The notes beneath the pieces are model-generated. The model made no database searches. It saw nothing but the letters and a program-made list of their open reading frames with translations, and was not told the DNA's origin. From assembly GCA_947313885.1 (NCBI GenBank), contig CAMZNU010000002.1, forward strand, positions 4,321 through 68,320: 64,000 nt of DNA. The letters run 5' to 3'. Shown piece after piece: positions 49,501-59,893 of this stretch (positions are counted from its first letter, which is position 1; the number at the start of each line of letters is the position of its first letter). Source of the stretch: an uncultured Clostridia bacterium (GTDB lineage: Bacteria > Bacillota > Clostridia > Lachnospirales > CAMZNU01). The position numbers were made by a program, and so were the translations under genes.

Positions 49501-50834
49501 GGACAATCGGGACTCTTGCAAACAAAACAGCATTTGGCATAGTATCAGGGTACTATAATGATAGAGGTGAGAAAAAAAGAAAAGCGGAAATAAACAAATT
49601 GAAAAATGGATGTATAGGAGTAAAAAGAACAACAGGACAACATCCAGGTGGATTAATGGTAGTGCCTAATGACTATTCGATATACGATTTTTGTCCTATA
49701 CAACGTCCAGCTAATGATCAAAGTAGTGGTACAATTACAACGCATTTTGATTATAATGCGATAAGTGGTAGATTGCTAAAGCTTGATATACTAGGTCATG
49801 ATAATCCAACTATAGTTAAAATGTTGTTAGATAATACGGGGTTAGATTGTAGAGATATAGACTTAGGCGATAAAGATGTTATATCACTATTTAGGTCACC
49901 AGAAGCATTAGGAGTAACAAAAGAAGAGATAGACTGTAACACAGGAAGTTTAGGGTTACCAGAGTTTGGGACATCTTTTGTTAGACAAATGCTAGAAGAG
50001 ACGAAACCAAATTCATTTTCAGAGCTTGTTAGGATTTCAGGATTATCACATGGTACAGATGTGTGGACTAATAATGGGCAAGAATTAGTAAAAAGTGGAG
50101 TTGCGACTCTAAAAGAAATAATACCTACAAGAGATGATATTATGGTTTATTTAATACAAAAAGGTTTAGATGAATTAAAAGCATTTAAAATAATGGAGAA
50201 TGTGCGAAAAGGTAAAGGGTTAACAGAAGAAGAGGAAAAACTTATGGTAGATAAAGATGTACCGACGTGGTATATCGAATCATGTAAAAAAATCAAATAT
50301 ATGTTTCCAAAAGGACATGCTGTTGCATATGTAATGATGACAGTTAGAATTGCATATTATAAAATGCATTACCCATATGCATTTTATCAAGCTATTTTCA
50401 CAGTTAAAGGTAACGACTTTGATTATAAAATGATGTGTGAAGGAATAGAAAAAGTCAAATTATTGGCAAAAGAAATAAATGATAAAGGATATAATAAGAC
50501 GACAAAGGATGGGGGAACGTTAGTTTTATTAGAATTATGCCAAGAATTTTATTCTAGAGGGTTAAAGTTTAAAAAAGTAGATATTTATAAGTCTAGTAAT
50601 AAGAAATTTATAATTACTAAAGAAGGTTTATTACCACCGCTATCGTCAATACAAGGATTAGGCGGTAATGCAGGAGAAAATGTAGTGAATGCGAGAAAAG
50701 ACGGAAAGTTTACTACTATTGAAGATTTCGCACAGAGAACGAAAGTAAATAAAACAGTTATAGAAATTTTAAAAACCATAAATGTTTTCGATGGATTAGC
50801 GGAAAAAAACCAATTAAGTTTATTGGATATTTAA
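46503..50834 (+). CDS. polC: DNA polymerase III alpha subunit, PolC type
   Basis: PHP domain [18 protein letters not shown], DEDD exonuclease [12 protein letters not shown], polymerase [25 protein letters not shown]; 1443 aa. Confidence 0.97.
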   Translation: [1443 protein letters not shown]

Positions 50835-51120
50835 TATCATTTAAAATATATAAAGGGCTTTGTACAAAAACAAAGATAATAAAACAGTTATAGAAATTTT
50901 AAAAACCACAAATGTTTTCGATGGATTAGCGGAAAAAAACCAATTAAGTTTATTGGATATTTAATATCATTTAAAATATATTAAGGATTTTGTACAAAAA
51001 CAAAGGTAATAAAACAGTTATAGAAATTTTAAAAACCATAAATGGTTTTGATGGATTAGCGGAAAAAACAATTAAGTTTATTGAATATTTAATATTGTTT
51101 AAAAAATATATAGGCGTAAA
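50744..51120 (+). repeat. three tandem ~130-bp units, the first being the polC 3' end
   Basis: aaaacagttatagaaattttaaaaaccayaaatg... starts at 50751, 50881 and 51011 (period 130). Confidence 0.93.
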
Positions 51121-51207
51121 GACATTTATATAGACATTTATATAAAAAATTGTTACAATAATAACATGCAATACAATAATTATTTTAATATATAGGAGGA
51201 TAGCTTT

Positions 51208-54200
51208 ATGGCAAAAATTATAAAAACAATGGATGGAAATGCAGCGGCAACGTATACGTCATATGCATTTACAGAAGTTGCGGGTATTTTCCCGATTACG
51301 CCATCGTCTCAAATGGCAGAGTTAGCAGATGAAATGTCGGCTAACGGAGTAAAAAATATGTTTGGGCAAACAGTAGAAGTTATAGAAATGCAATCAGAAG
51401 CAGGTGCAGCGGGCACGGTTCATGGTTCATTACAAGCAGGAGCTTTAACAACTACGTTTACAGCATCACAAGGTTTATTACTTAAAATACCAAATATGTA
51501 TAAAATAGCAGGGGAATTATTACCATGTGTTATACATGTTAGTGCGAGAGCAATAGCAGGACATGCACTGTCGATATTTGGAGATCATTCAGATGTTATG
51601 GCGGCAAGACAAACAGGATTTGCTATGTTAGCGTCTAATAGTGTACAAGAAGTTGCTGACTTATCAGCTGTAGCACATTTATCTACATTAAAAGGTAAAG
51701 TTCCTTTTATTCATTTTTTTGATGGATTTCGTACGTCACATGAAATTCAAAAAGTGGAGTGCTTAGAATATAGTGACTTTGCAGACTTGGTAGATATGAA
51801 TGCTGTTGAAGAATTTAGAAAAAGTGGTTTAAATCCAGAAAGTCCAGTAACAAGAGGTTCAGCACAAAATCCTGATATATTCTTCCAAGGTAAAGAGGCA
51901 TCAAATAAATATTATAATGAATTACCAGCTATAGTTGAAGACTATATGGATAAAATAAATAAATTAACAGGTAGAGATTATCAGTTATTTAATTACTATG
52001 GTGCTAAAGATGCAGATAGAGTTATTATAGCTATGGGTTCTGGTGTTGAGGCTATAGAGGAAACAGTAGATTATTTAAATAGCATTGGCGAAAAAGTAGG
52101 AGTTATTAAAGTAAGATTATTTAGACCATTCTCTTTAGATCACTTCGTAAAATCAATACCAGCATCAGCTACTAAAATAGCTGTTTTAGATAGAACAAAA
52201 GAACCAGGATCATTAGGAGAGCCATTATACCAAGACGTATGTACAGCATTAGTTGAGAAAGATTTAAAATTAACAGTAGTAGGTGGACGTTATGCATTAG
52301 GCTCTAAAGATTTCACACCAGCACAAGTTGTTTCAGTGTTTAACAACTTAAAAGAAGAAAAACCAAAAAATCACTTTACAGTAGGTATAGTTGATGACGT
52401 TACACATACATCTTTAGAAGTAGGAGATGAATTAGATCTTGCAGATGCAGATACAAAAAGTTGTAAATTCTGGGGATTAGGTTCAGATGGTACAATTGGA
52501 GCTAATAAAAACTCAATTAAAATAATTGGTGATAATACAGATTTATATGCACAAGCATATTTCTCATATGATTCAAAAAAATCAGGCGGTATTACACAAT
52601 CACATTTACGTTTTGGTAAAAAACCAATTCGCTCAACTTATTTAGTAAATAAAGCAGATTTCGTTGCTTGTCATAAACCATCGTATTTAGAAAAATATGA
52701 TATGTTAAAAGATATTAAAGAAAACGGTACATTTTTATTAAACTGTTCTTGGTCAGTTGAGGAATTAGAAAGTAATTTACCAGCTAACGTTAAAAGACAA
52801 ATAGCTAATAAAAACATTAAATTTTATACTTTAGATGCTACTAGTATTGCTAAGGAAATAGGATTAGGAAATAGAGTTAACACTATACTTCAAGCAGGAT
52901 TTTTCAATTTAACGAAAATCATCCCAACAGAAGATGCTGTTAAATATATGAAAAATGCAATTCAAAAATCATATGGTAACAAAGGTGAAAAAATCGTTAA
53001 CATGAATAATCAAGCTGTAGATAAAGGAATAACAGCAGCAGTTCAAGTTACAATACCTAGTGCATGGGCTACAGCAGAAGATGTTAAAAAAGAAGCGAGC
53101 AAAGAAGAAAAACCAGTATACGTATCAACAATAGTAGATCCGATAAATGCTTTAAAAGGTGATGACTTACCTGTAAGTACATTTATGGACTTCGTTGATG
53201 GAACTATGCCAAATGGTACAGCGGCATATGAAAAACGTGGAATAGCAGTAGATGTTCCAGAATGGATTGCAGATAAATGTATACAATGTAATCAATGTGC
53301 ATACGTATGCCCTCATTCATGTATTAGACCATTCATAGCAACAGATGAAAGCTTAGCGAATAAACCAAAAGGTTATGAAACTATTAAAGGTCGTGGAAAA
53401 GGTTTAGAAAACTATAATTATAGAATGCAAGTAGATACATTAGATTGTACAGGTTGCGGAAACTGTGTTCAAATATGTCCAGCTAAAGAGAAAGCTCTAG
53501 TTATGGAACCTATGGAAACACAAATGAAAGAAATGGAAAATTGGTATTATAGCTTAAACCTACCAGTAGTAGAAAATCCAATAAATAAAGAAACAGTTAA
53601 AGGTTCACAATTTGAAACGCCATTATTTGAGTTCTCGGGAGCTTGTGCAGGTTGTGGAGAAACACCATATGCAAAATTATTAACACAATTATTTGGTGAT
53701 AGAATGTATATTGCTAATGCAACAGGATGTTCATCAATTTGGGGAGCATCATCACCAGCTACGCCATATACTACTAATCATAAAGGTCAAGGACCAGCAT
53801 GGGCAAACTCATTATTTGAAGATAATGCAGAGTTTGGATTAGGTATGTTAGCAGGACAAGAAAAAATTAGAGAAGGTGTTAAAGCTAAAGTGGAAGAACT
53901 ATCAACTAGCACATCAGACTCTAACGTGAAAAATGCAATTACTAATTGGATTGACACATATAATGATGGTGAAGCTTCTAAATTAAGTTCACTTACATTA
54001 GTTGACACATTAGCAAAAGCTAAATTATCAGGAGCGGAAAAAGTATTAGCAGAAAAAGTATTAAAAGATAAAAACTTCCTAAACAAAAAATCACAATGGA
54101 TTTTAGGAGGAGATGGATGGGCGTATGACATTGGTTATGGTGGATTAGATCACGTATTAGCTAGTGGAAGAAATGTAAATGTTTTAGTATTTGATACAGA

Positions 54201-54741
54201 AGTGTACTCAAATACAGGCGGACAATCTTCAAAATCATCACCACGTGCATCAGTTGCAAAATTTGCAGCATCAGGTAAGAGACTTAGAAAGAAAGATTTA
54301 GGACTAATATGTATGAGTTATGGTTATGTATACGTTGCACAAGTTGCAATGGGAGCTAATCAAAATCAATTAATTAAAGCTATGGTTGAAGCGGAAAAAT
54401 ATGATGGACCATCTTTAATAATCGCGTACTCACCTTGTATTGCACACGGAATAAAAGGTGGATTATTTAACACGCAAGCACAAACTAAAAAAGCTGTTGA
54501 ATGTGGATACTGGCATTTATATAGATACAACCCATTATTAGAAGAACAAGGCAAAAATCCATTTATATTAGACTCAAAAGAGCCAAACGGAAAAATACAA
54601 GAGTTTATTAATAGTGAAGTAAGATACACATCTTTAAGATTAGCATTCCCAGATGTAGCCGAAGAGCTATTTACGGAAATGGAAAAAGATTGTAATAGAA
54701 GATATGAAAGCTATAAAAGATTGGAACAAGCAAAATGGTAA
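51208..54741 (+). CDS. nifJ: pyruvate:ferredoxin (flavodoxin) oxidoreductase
   Basis: AYTSYAFTEVAGIFPITPSSQMAE, two [4Fe-4S] motifs CIQCNQCAYVCPH and CTGCGNCVQICP, TPP region DTEVYSNTGGQSSKSS; 1177 aa. Confidence 0.97.
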   Translation: MAKIIKTMDGNAAATYTSYAFTEVAGIFPITPSSQMAELADEMSANGVKNMFGQTVEVIEMQSEAGAAGTVHGSLQAGALTTTFTASQGLLLKIPNMYKIAGELLPCVIHVSARAIAGHALSIFGDHSDVMAARQTGFAMLASNSVQEVADLSAVAHLSTLKGKVPFIHFFDGFRTSHEIQKVECLEYSDFADLVDMNAVEEFRKSGLNPESPVTRGSAQNPDIFFQGKEASNKYYNELPAIVEDYMDKINKLTGRDYQLFNYYGAKDADRVIIAMGSGVEAIEETVDYLNSIGEKVGVIKVRLFRPFSLDHFVKSIPASATKIAVLDRTKEPGSLGEPLYQDVCTALVEKDLKLTVVGGRYALGSKDFTPAQVVSVFNNLKEEKPKNHFTVGIVDDVTHTSLEVGDELDLADADTKSCKFWGLGSDGTIGANKNSIKIIGDNTDLYAQAYFSYDSKKSGGITQSHLRFGKKPIRSTYLVNKADFVACHKPSYLEKYDMLKDIKENGTFLLNCSWSVEELESNLPANVKRQIANKNIKFYTLDATSIAKEIGLGNRVNTILQAGFFNLTKIIPTEDAVKYMKNAIQKSYGNKGEKIVNMNNQAVDKGITAAVQVTIPSAWATAEDVKKEASKEEKPVYVSTIVDPINALKGDDLPVSTFMDFVDGTMPNGTAAYEKRGIAVDVPEWIADKCIQCNQCAYVCPHSCIRPFIATDESLANKPKGYETIKGRGKGLENYNYRMQVDTLDCTGCGNCVQICPAKEKALVMEPMETQMKEMENWYYSLNLPVVENPINKETVKGSQFETPLFEFSGACAGCGETPYAKLLTQLFGDRMYIANATGCSSIWGASSPATPYTTNHKGQGPAWANSLFEDNAEFGLGMLAGQEKIREGVKAKVEELSTSTSDSNVKNAITNWIDTYNDGEASKLSSLTLVDTLAKAKLSGAEKVLAEKVLKDKNFLNKKSQWILGGDGWAYDIGYGGLDHVLASGRNVNVLVFDTEVYSNTGGQSSKSSPRASVAKFAASGKRLRKKDLGLICMSYGYVYVAQVAMGANQNQLIKAMVEAEKYDGPSLIIAYSPCIAHGIKGGLFNTQAQTKKAVECGYWHLYRYNPLLEEQGKNPFILDSKEPNGKIQEFINSEVRYTSLRLAFPDVAEELFTEMEKDCNRRYESYKRLEQAKW

Positions 54742-54791
54742 CAATACTACTTGTTAAGACATATTCTTAGTTAGGTAGTTATTATAACTAA

Positions 54792-54830
54792 GATAAAGCT
54801 ACGGTAGTTATTCTGTAGCTTTATCTTTAT
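54792..54830 (+). terminator. terminator after nifJ
   Basis: GATAAAGCTAC ... GTAGCTTTATC stem followed by a T-rich run. Confidence 0.8.
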
Positions 54831-54862
54831 CTTTATATTTATATTTAAAGGAGGATTTAAAC

Positions 54863-56320
54863 ATGGAGCAATTAACGAACATAGTAAATTCGATTAATGG
54901 TATTGTGTGGAGTGATGCTTTAGTAGCATTATGTCTTATAACAGGACTGTACTTTTCTTTTAAGACTAATTTCTTGCAAGTTAGACACTGGAAAGAAATG
55001 TTAAGGTTGTTATTAGACAAAGAAAGTTCAAAAGAAGGTATATCATCATTTCAAGCATTATCTGTATCATTATCTGGACGTGTAGGTACAGGTAATATAG
55101 TAGGGGTTGCAGCAGCAATAGCATTTGGAGGACCAGGAGCAGTTTTTTGGATGTGGATGATAGCATTTTTAGGAGCAGGTTCAGCGTTTGTAGAATCTAC
55201 ATTAGGGCAAATTTATAAAGTTGAGCAAGATGGAGAGTATCGTGGAGGACCAGCATACTACATAGAAAAAGGTTTAAAAATGAAGTGGTATGGATTATTT
55301 TTCGCAATGTTCACTTTAATGGCGATGACATTATTTTTACCAGGGACACAAGCTAACAGTATAGCAGAAAGTTTAAATAATGCCTTTAATATACCTAAAT
55401 TATATTCTGGTATATTTTTAGTTGTATTATTAGGGTTCATAATATTTGGTGGAGTTAAGAAAATAGGTAAAACAGCAGAAATAATTGTACCTTTTATGGG
55501 GATTGCATATATTTTAGTTGCTTTAATTATTATCGTAATTAATTATAAACAAATACCAACAACATTTAGTTTAATATTCACATCAGCATTTGGAGTGAAC
55601 GAGGCACTAGGTGGTATATTAGGTTATACAATTGCATGGGGAGTTAAAAGAGGAATTTATTCTAATGAAGCAGGTCAAGGTACAGGACCACATGCAGCAG
55701 CAGCAGCAGAAGTTAGTCATCCTGTAAAACAAGGATTAGTTCAAGCGTTTTCAGTATACATAGACACTTTATTTGTTTGTACAGCTACAGCACTTATGAT
55801 TTTAACAACTAATTCATATAGCGTTTATCAAGGTGGAACTCTTGAAAGTGGATCTATATCAGGATTCGGATTTATGAACGGTGTAGGAGCAGGTACAGAA
55901 TATACTCAAGCGGCAGTAGAATCAGTATTTCCAGGATTCGGAGCAGGATTTATAGCTATATCATTATTTTTCTTTGCATTTACTACAATAATGGCATATT
56001 ACTATATGGCAGAAACTAACGTTGCATATATAACTAAAAATTCTAATATGAGTAAAAAAACATTATACTTAGTTCTTAGAGTTACATTATTAACTAGTGT
56101 GTTGATTTTTGCAGTTAACACATCAGATTTAGCATGGGGGCTAGGTGATATCGGTGTTGGAATTATGGCATGGTTAAACATAGTTGCTATTTTATTATTA
56201 TCAAAACCAGCACTTATAGCTTTAAAAGATTATGAAAAACAGAAAAAAGAAGGTAAAGACCCAACATTTGATCCTAAAGCGTTAGGAATTGAAAATGCAG
56301 ATTTTTGGGAAAATAAATAA
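54863..56320 (+). CDS. sodium:alanine/glycine symporter (AGCS family), copy 1
   Basis: SLSGRVGTGNIVGVAAAIAFGGPGAVFWMW, WGVKRGIYSNEAGQGTGPHAAAAAEVSHP. Confidence 0.93.
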   Translation: MEQLTNIVNSINGIVWSDALVALCLITGLYFSFKTNFLQVRHWKEMLRLLLDKESSKEGISSFQALSVSLSGRVGTGNIVGVAAAIAFGGPGAVFWMWMIAFLGAGSAFVESTLGQIYKVEQDGEYRGGPAYYIEKGLKMKWYGLFFAMFTLMAMTLFLPGTQANSIAESLNNAFNIPKLYSGIFLVVLLGFIIFGGVKKIGKTAEIIVPFMGIAYILVALIIIVINYKQIPTTFSLIFTSAFGVNEALGGILGYTIAWGVKRGIYSNEAGQGTGPHAAAAAEVSHPVKQGLVQAFSVYIDTLFVCTATALMILTTNSYSVYQGGTLESGSISGFGFMNGVGAGTEYTQAAVESVFPGFGAGFIAISLFFFAFTTIMAYYYMAETNVAYITKNSNMSKKTLYLVLRVTLLTSVLIFAVNTSDLAWGLGDIGVGIMAWLNIVAILLLSKPALIALKDYEKQKKEGKDPTFDPKALGIENADFWENK

Positions 56321-56339
56321 GAGAAGTTTATAGAATCAT

Positions 56340-56393
56340 AAAAAGTGTATGAATAAAAAACTCAACGTGAGTTTTAATTCATACACTTTTTTT
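56340..56393 (+). terminator. terminator between the two AGCS genes
   Basis: AAAAAGTGTATGAAT ... ATTCATACACTTTTT with nested ACTC/GAGT. Confidence 0.85.
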
Positions 56394-56762
56394 AAAAAAA
56401 TAATTTAGATTAAAAAGCAAAGTATTTTAGTTAAAAGAGAAGATGAAATATATTTTATAATGAATTATACACTAATAAAATATAGTGTGTATTGCAATTA
56501 TCCATAAAATAAGTTAAACTATTAGCAATATGATATAAGTATTTAAAATAAAAACTGTTTAATTTAAATAATTAAGCAAAAAATAATTGTGTTATTAAGA
56601 TGTTTAAGTTAAAAAAATTAAAATGTGAAATATGGATATAATATTTATAGTGTATTTAATAATATAAAATAACAAAAATCATGCAAGAAAAAAGAAGAGT
56701 GTTATAAAGTGTGGACCTATGTAAAATAGTTTCATAATCTATATTTTTTTAAGGAGGATAAA

Positions 56763-58223
56763 GTGGAACAACTAACGAACATTGTAAATTCAATAAATGC
56801 TGTTGTATGGAGTAATATATTTGTAGGGGCTTGCCTTTTATTAGGGTTAATGTTTTCTTTTAAAACTAATTTTGTGCAAGTTCGACAATTAAAAGAAATG
56901 ATAAGGTTATTATTCGATACAAAAAGTTCTGAACAAGGCATATCATCATTTCAAGCTTTAACAGTGTCTTTATCAGGCAGGATAGGTACAAGTAACATAG
57001 TAGGCGTTGCTATAGCAATAGCCTTTGGAGGACCAGGGGCTATTTTTTGGATGTGGATGATAGCGTTTTTAGGTGCAAGCTCAACATTTATAGAGTCTAC
57101 ATTAGGTCAAATTTATAAAGTTGAGCAAAATGGACAGTATCGTGGTGGACCAGCATATTATATTGAAAAAGGTTTAAAAATGAAGTGGTATGGTTTAGTA
57201 TTTTCTATATTTACTTTAGTTGCTATGACATTGTTTTTACCAGGAATTCAGGCAAATAGTATAGTAGAAGGTTTAAACAATGCATTTAATATACCTAAGT
57301 TATATTCAGCTATAGGATTAGTTATGCTATTATCAGCGATAATATTTGGTGGAGTTAAAAAAATAGGTAGAGTCGCAGAAATAATAGTACCTTTTATGGG
57401 CATCGCATACATAATAGTAGCGTTAATTGTAATTGGCGTAAATTACAAAGAAATACCTACAACATTTAACTTAATCTTTACATCAGCATTTGGTATAAAT
57501 GAAGCATTAAGCGGGATCTTAGGCTATACAATTACATTAGGAGTTAGAAGAGGATTATACTCTAATGAAGTAGGACAAGGTTCAGTATCACACCCAGCGG
57601 CAGCGGCAGAAGTTAGTCATCCAGCTAAGCAAGGTTTAGTTCAAGCATTTTCAGTATATATAGATACTTTATTTGTTTGTACAGCGACGGCATTTATGAT
57701 TTTAACGACTAAGTCATATAGTGTTTATCAAAATGGAAATATTGACAATGGATCAATATCAGGCTTTGGTCTCATGGACGGAATAGAAGTAGGAACAAAA
57801 TATACTCAAAGTGCTGTAGAAACAGTGTTCCCAAATTTGGGTGCTGGGTTTGTAGCTGTAGCATTATTTTTCTTTGCATTTACTACAATAATGGCGTATT
57901 ACTACATGGCAGAGACCAACGTTGCATATATAAGTAAAAATTCTAATGTAAATAAAAAAATATTATATTTTACTCTTAGAATATCATTATTAGTTAGTGT
58001 TTTAATTTTCGCCATCAATGGATCAGATTTAGCATGGGGATTAGGAGATATCGGCGTTGGAGTTATGGCGTGGTTAAATACAGTAGCAATTATATTGTTA
58101 GCAAAGCCCGCGCTATTAGCACTAAAAGATTACGAGACACAAAGAAAAGAAGACAAAGAACCAACATTTGACCCGAAAGCACTAGGAATTGAAAATGCAG
58201 ATTTTTGGGAAAATAAATTATAG
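56763..58223 (+). CDS. sodium:alanine/glycine symporter-like (AGCS family), copy 2
   Basis: GTG start; near-colinear with copy 1; SLSGRIGTSNIVGVAIAIAFGGPGAIFWMW, LGVRRGLYSNEVGQGSVSHPAAAAEVSHP. Confidence 0.92.
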   Translation: MEQLTNIVNSINAVVWSNIFVGACLLLGLMFSFKTNFVQVRQLKEMIRLLFDTKSSEQGISSFQALTVSLSGRIGTSNIVGVAIAIAFGGPGAIFWMWMIAFLGASSTFIESTLGQIYKVEQNGQYRGGPAYYIEKGLKMKWYGLVFSIFTLVAMTLFLPGIQANSIVEGLNNAFNIPKLYSAIGLVMLLSAIIFGGVKKIGRVAEIIVPFMGIAYIIVALIVIGVNYKEIPTTFNLIFTSAFGINEALSGILGYTITLGVRRGLYSNEVGQGSVSHPAAAAEVSHPAKQGLVQAFSVYIDTLFVCTATAFMILTTKSYSVYQNGNIDNGSISGFGLMDGIEVGTKYTQSAVETVFPNLGAGFVAVALFFFAFTTIMAYYYMAETNVAYISKNSNVNKKILYFTLRISLLVSVLIFAINGSDLAWGLGDIGVGVMAWLNTVAIILLAKPALLALKDYETQRKEDKEPTFDPKALGIENADFWENKL

Positions 58224-58450
58224 AAAGCAGTAACGATAAAAAACCAAACTTGTATTTTAAAGTTTGGTTTTTTATTTAGGGGAATATTTTTATTAATGAA
58301 TATGTTTATATAATAATTATAGAATATAGAAGAAAAAATAAAGCAAAATATAATAATATATCTTTGCAATTTATAGTTATATACGTTAAAATGATACTAG
58401 TGTAAATAAATAGCATACACTAGTTAACTTATAATATGCAGAGGTAATCA

Positions 58451-59893
58451 ATGAAAGAACTTTTTATAGAGACACGTGGTAATATTAGTAAATATATTTT
58501 GTTAGAAGATAAAAAGATACAAAACTTAATAGTAGAAAGTAAAGAGTTTGAGTCTTTAGTAGGAAATATATATGTAGGACGTGTTACGAACATAGTAAAT
58601 AAAAATTTTGCTTTCATAAATATCGGGTTAGATAAAAATGCTTTTTTAGATTTAAATGATAATAAAGAAAGTTTGTTGCTAAGTTATGCAGGTGATAAAA
58701 GAAAAATTTTAATAAAACAAGGCGATGCTATTTTAGTACAAGTAACAAAAGATTCATCAGGAGAAAAAGGTGTAGCTGTTACTAGTCAGTTTAATTTAAA
58801 CAGTGAAAATTTAGTAATGTACGTAAGTGAAAAAAATAATATAGGTGTTTCGAAAAAAATACACGAGGAAAGCAAACGTACTAGCTTAAGAGAGTTAGGT
58901 GAGAAATTAACTGATAATGAGTATAGTCTAGTATTTCGAACTAATAGTAAAAATTTATTAGAAAGGGATATAGTAGAGGAATATAATTCGTTAGTTAAAA
59001 AATTTAATACTATAAAAGAAAAAGGCAACTATGCTAAACCACCGTTTTTATTAATGAAAGAAGACAACAAAGTATTAAAAGTAGTAAATGAGATAATAGA
59101 AAAAAATACAGAAATAGTAGTGTTTAACGATAATGAAACATATAACAAATTAAAAGATATATTAGAGAAAAAAGATATTAAAACAAGATTGCTAAGTCTA
59201 GAAGAAAATGTAGAATATACAAACACCTTTAATAATACGTTAGAAAAATTGTTCCATAAAAAGATATGGTTAAAATCGGGCGGGCATTTAATTATAGAGG
59301 AGACGGAGGCGTGTGTTGTTATAGATGTTAATTCATCAAAAGCAGTTAACAGTAGAAATAACAACAAAACAGTTTTGAAAGTAAATATAGAAGCGTTACA
59401 AGTTGCTAGCCAGCAAATAAAACTAAGAAATTTAAGCGGTATAATTATAATAGATTTAATAGACATGAGGTATGATAGCGATAAAAAGAAGGTTTTAAAA
59501 ATGGCCAATACTATATTTAGAGAGGATAAAATTAAAACATTTGTAGTTAGTATGACAGAGCTTGGGTTATTACAGTTAACAAGAAAGAAAAAAAGAGAAT
59601 CAATAAGTAAAACTCTTAAAAAGAAATGTGTTTATTGTGATGGAGTAGGTACAAGTTTAAGTGTGGAATATGTGTGCGATAATGTTTTGCGTGAACTATT
59701 TTCATTAATAGTAAATACAACTTGTAACACGTTTGAAATTAGATGTAATGAAAAAGTAATGAAATATATAAAAAATAACAAAAAAAATTTCAATGATCTT
59801 GAAAAAAATTACGAAGTGAAAATAGATTATAAATGTATAACAACAGCAAAAATAGAATATTTTGAAATCGATAAAAATATTAAGAGGTGTTAA
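58451..59893 (+). CDS. rng: ribonuclease G/E family protein
   Basis: S1 domain VGNIYVGRVTNIVNKNFAFINIGLDKNAFL; EACVVIDVNSSKAV; GIIIIDLIDM; CVYCDGVG. Confidence 0.93.
   Translation: MKELFIETRGNISKYILLEDKKIQNLIVESKEFESLVGNIYVGRVTNIVNKNFAFINIGLDKNAFLDLNDNKESLLLSYAGDKRKILIKQGDAILVQVTKDSSGEKGVAVTSQFNLNSENLVMYVSEKNNIGVSKKIHEESKRTSLRELGEKLTDNEYSLVFRTNSKNLLERDIVEEYNSLVKKFNTIKEKGNYAKPPFLLMKEDNKVLKVVNEIIEKNTEIVVFNDNETYNKLKDILEKKDIKTRLLSLEENVEYTNTFNNTLEKLFHKKIWLKSGGHLIIEETEACVVIDVNSSKAVNSRNNNKTVLKVNIEALQVASQQIKLRNLSGIIIIDLIDMRYDSDKKKVLKMANTIFREDKIKTFVVSMTELGLLQLTRKKKRESISKTLKKKCVYCDGVGTSLSVEYVCDNVLRELFSLIVNTTCNTFEIRCNEKVMKYIKNNKKNFNDLEKNYEVKIDYKCITTAKIEYFEIDKNIKRC

Noticed and set aside
50744-51120. 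Possible CRISPR-like array after polC
   Set aside because: The repeated units are contiguous 130-bp tandem copies of the polC end with no unique spacers and no cas genes nearby.
51208-54741. nifJ as evidence of nitrogen fixation
   Set aside because: This is the general pyruvate:ferredoxin oxidoreductase of anaerobes; no nif structural genes are visible.
58130-58369. Minus-strand 79-aa ORF at the end of AGCS copy 2
   Set aside because: Mostly antisense to the AGCS C-terminus and the AT-rich intergenic gap; no RBS or motif support.
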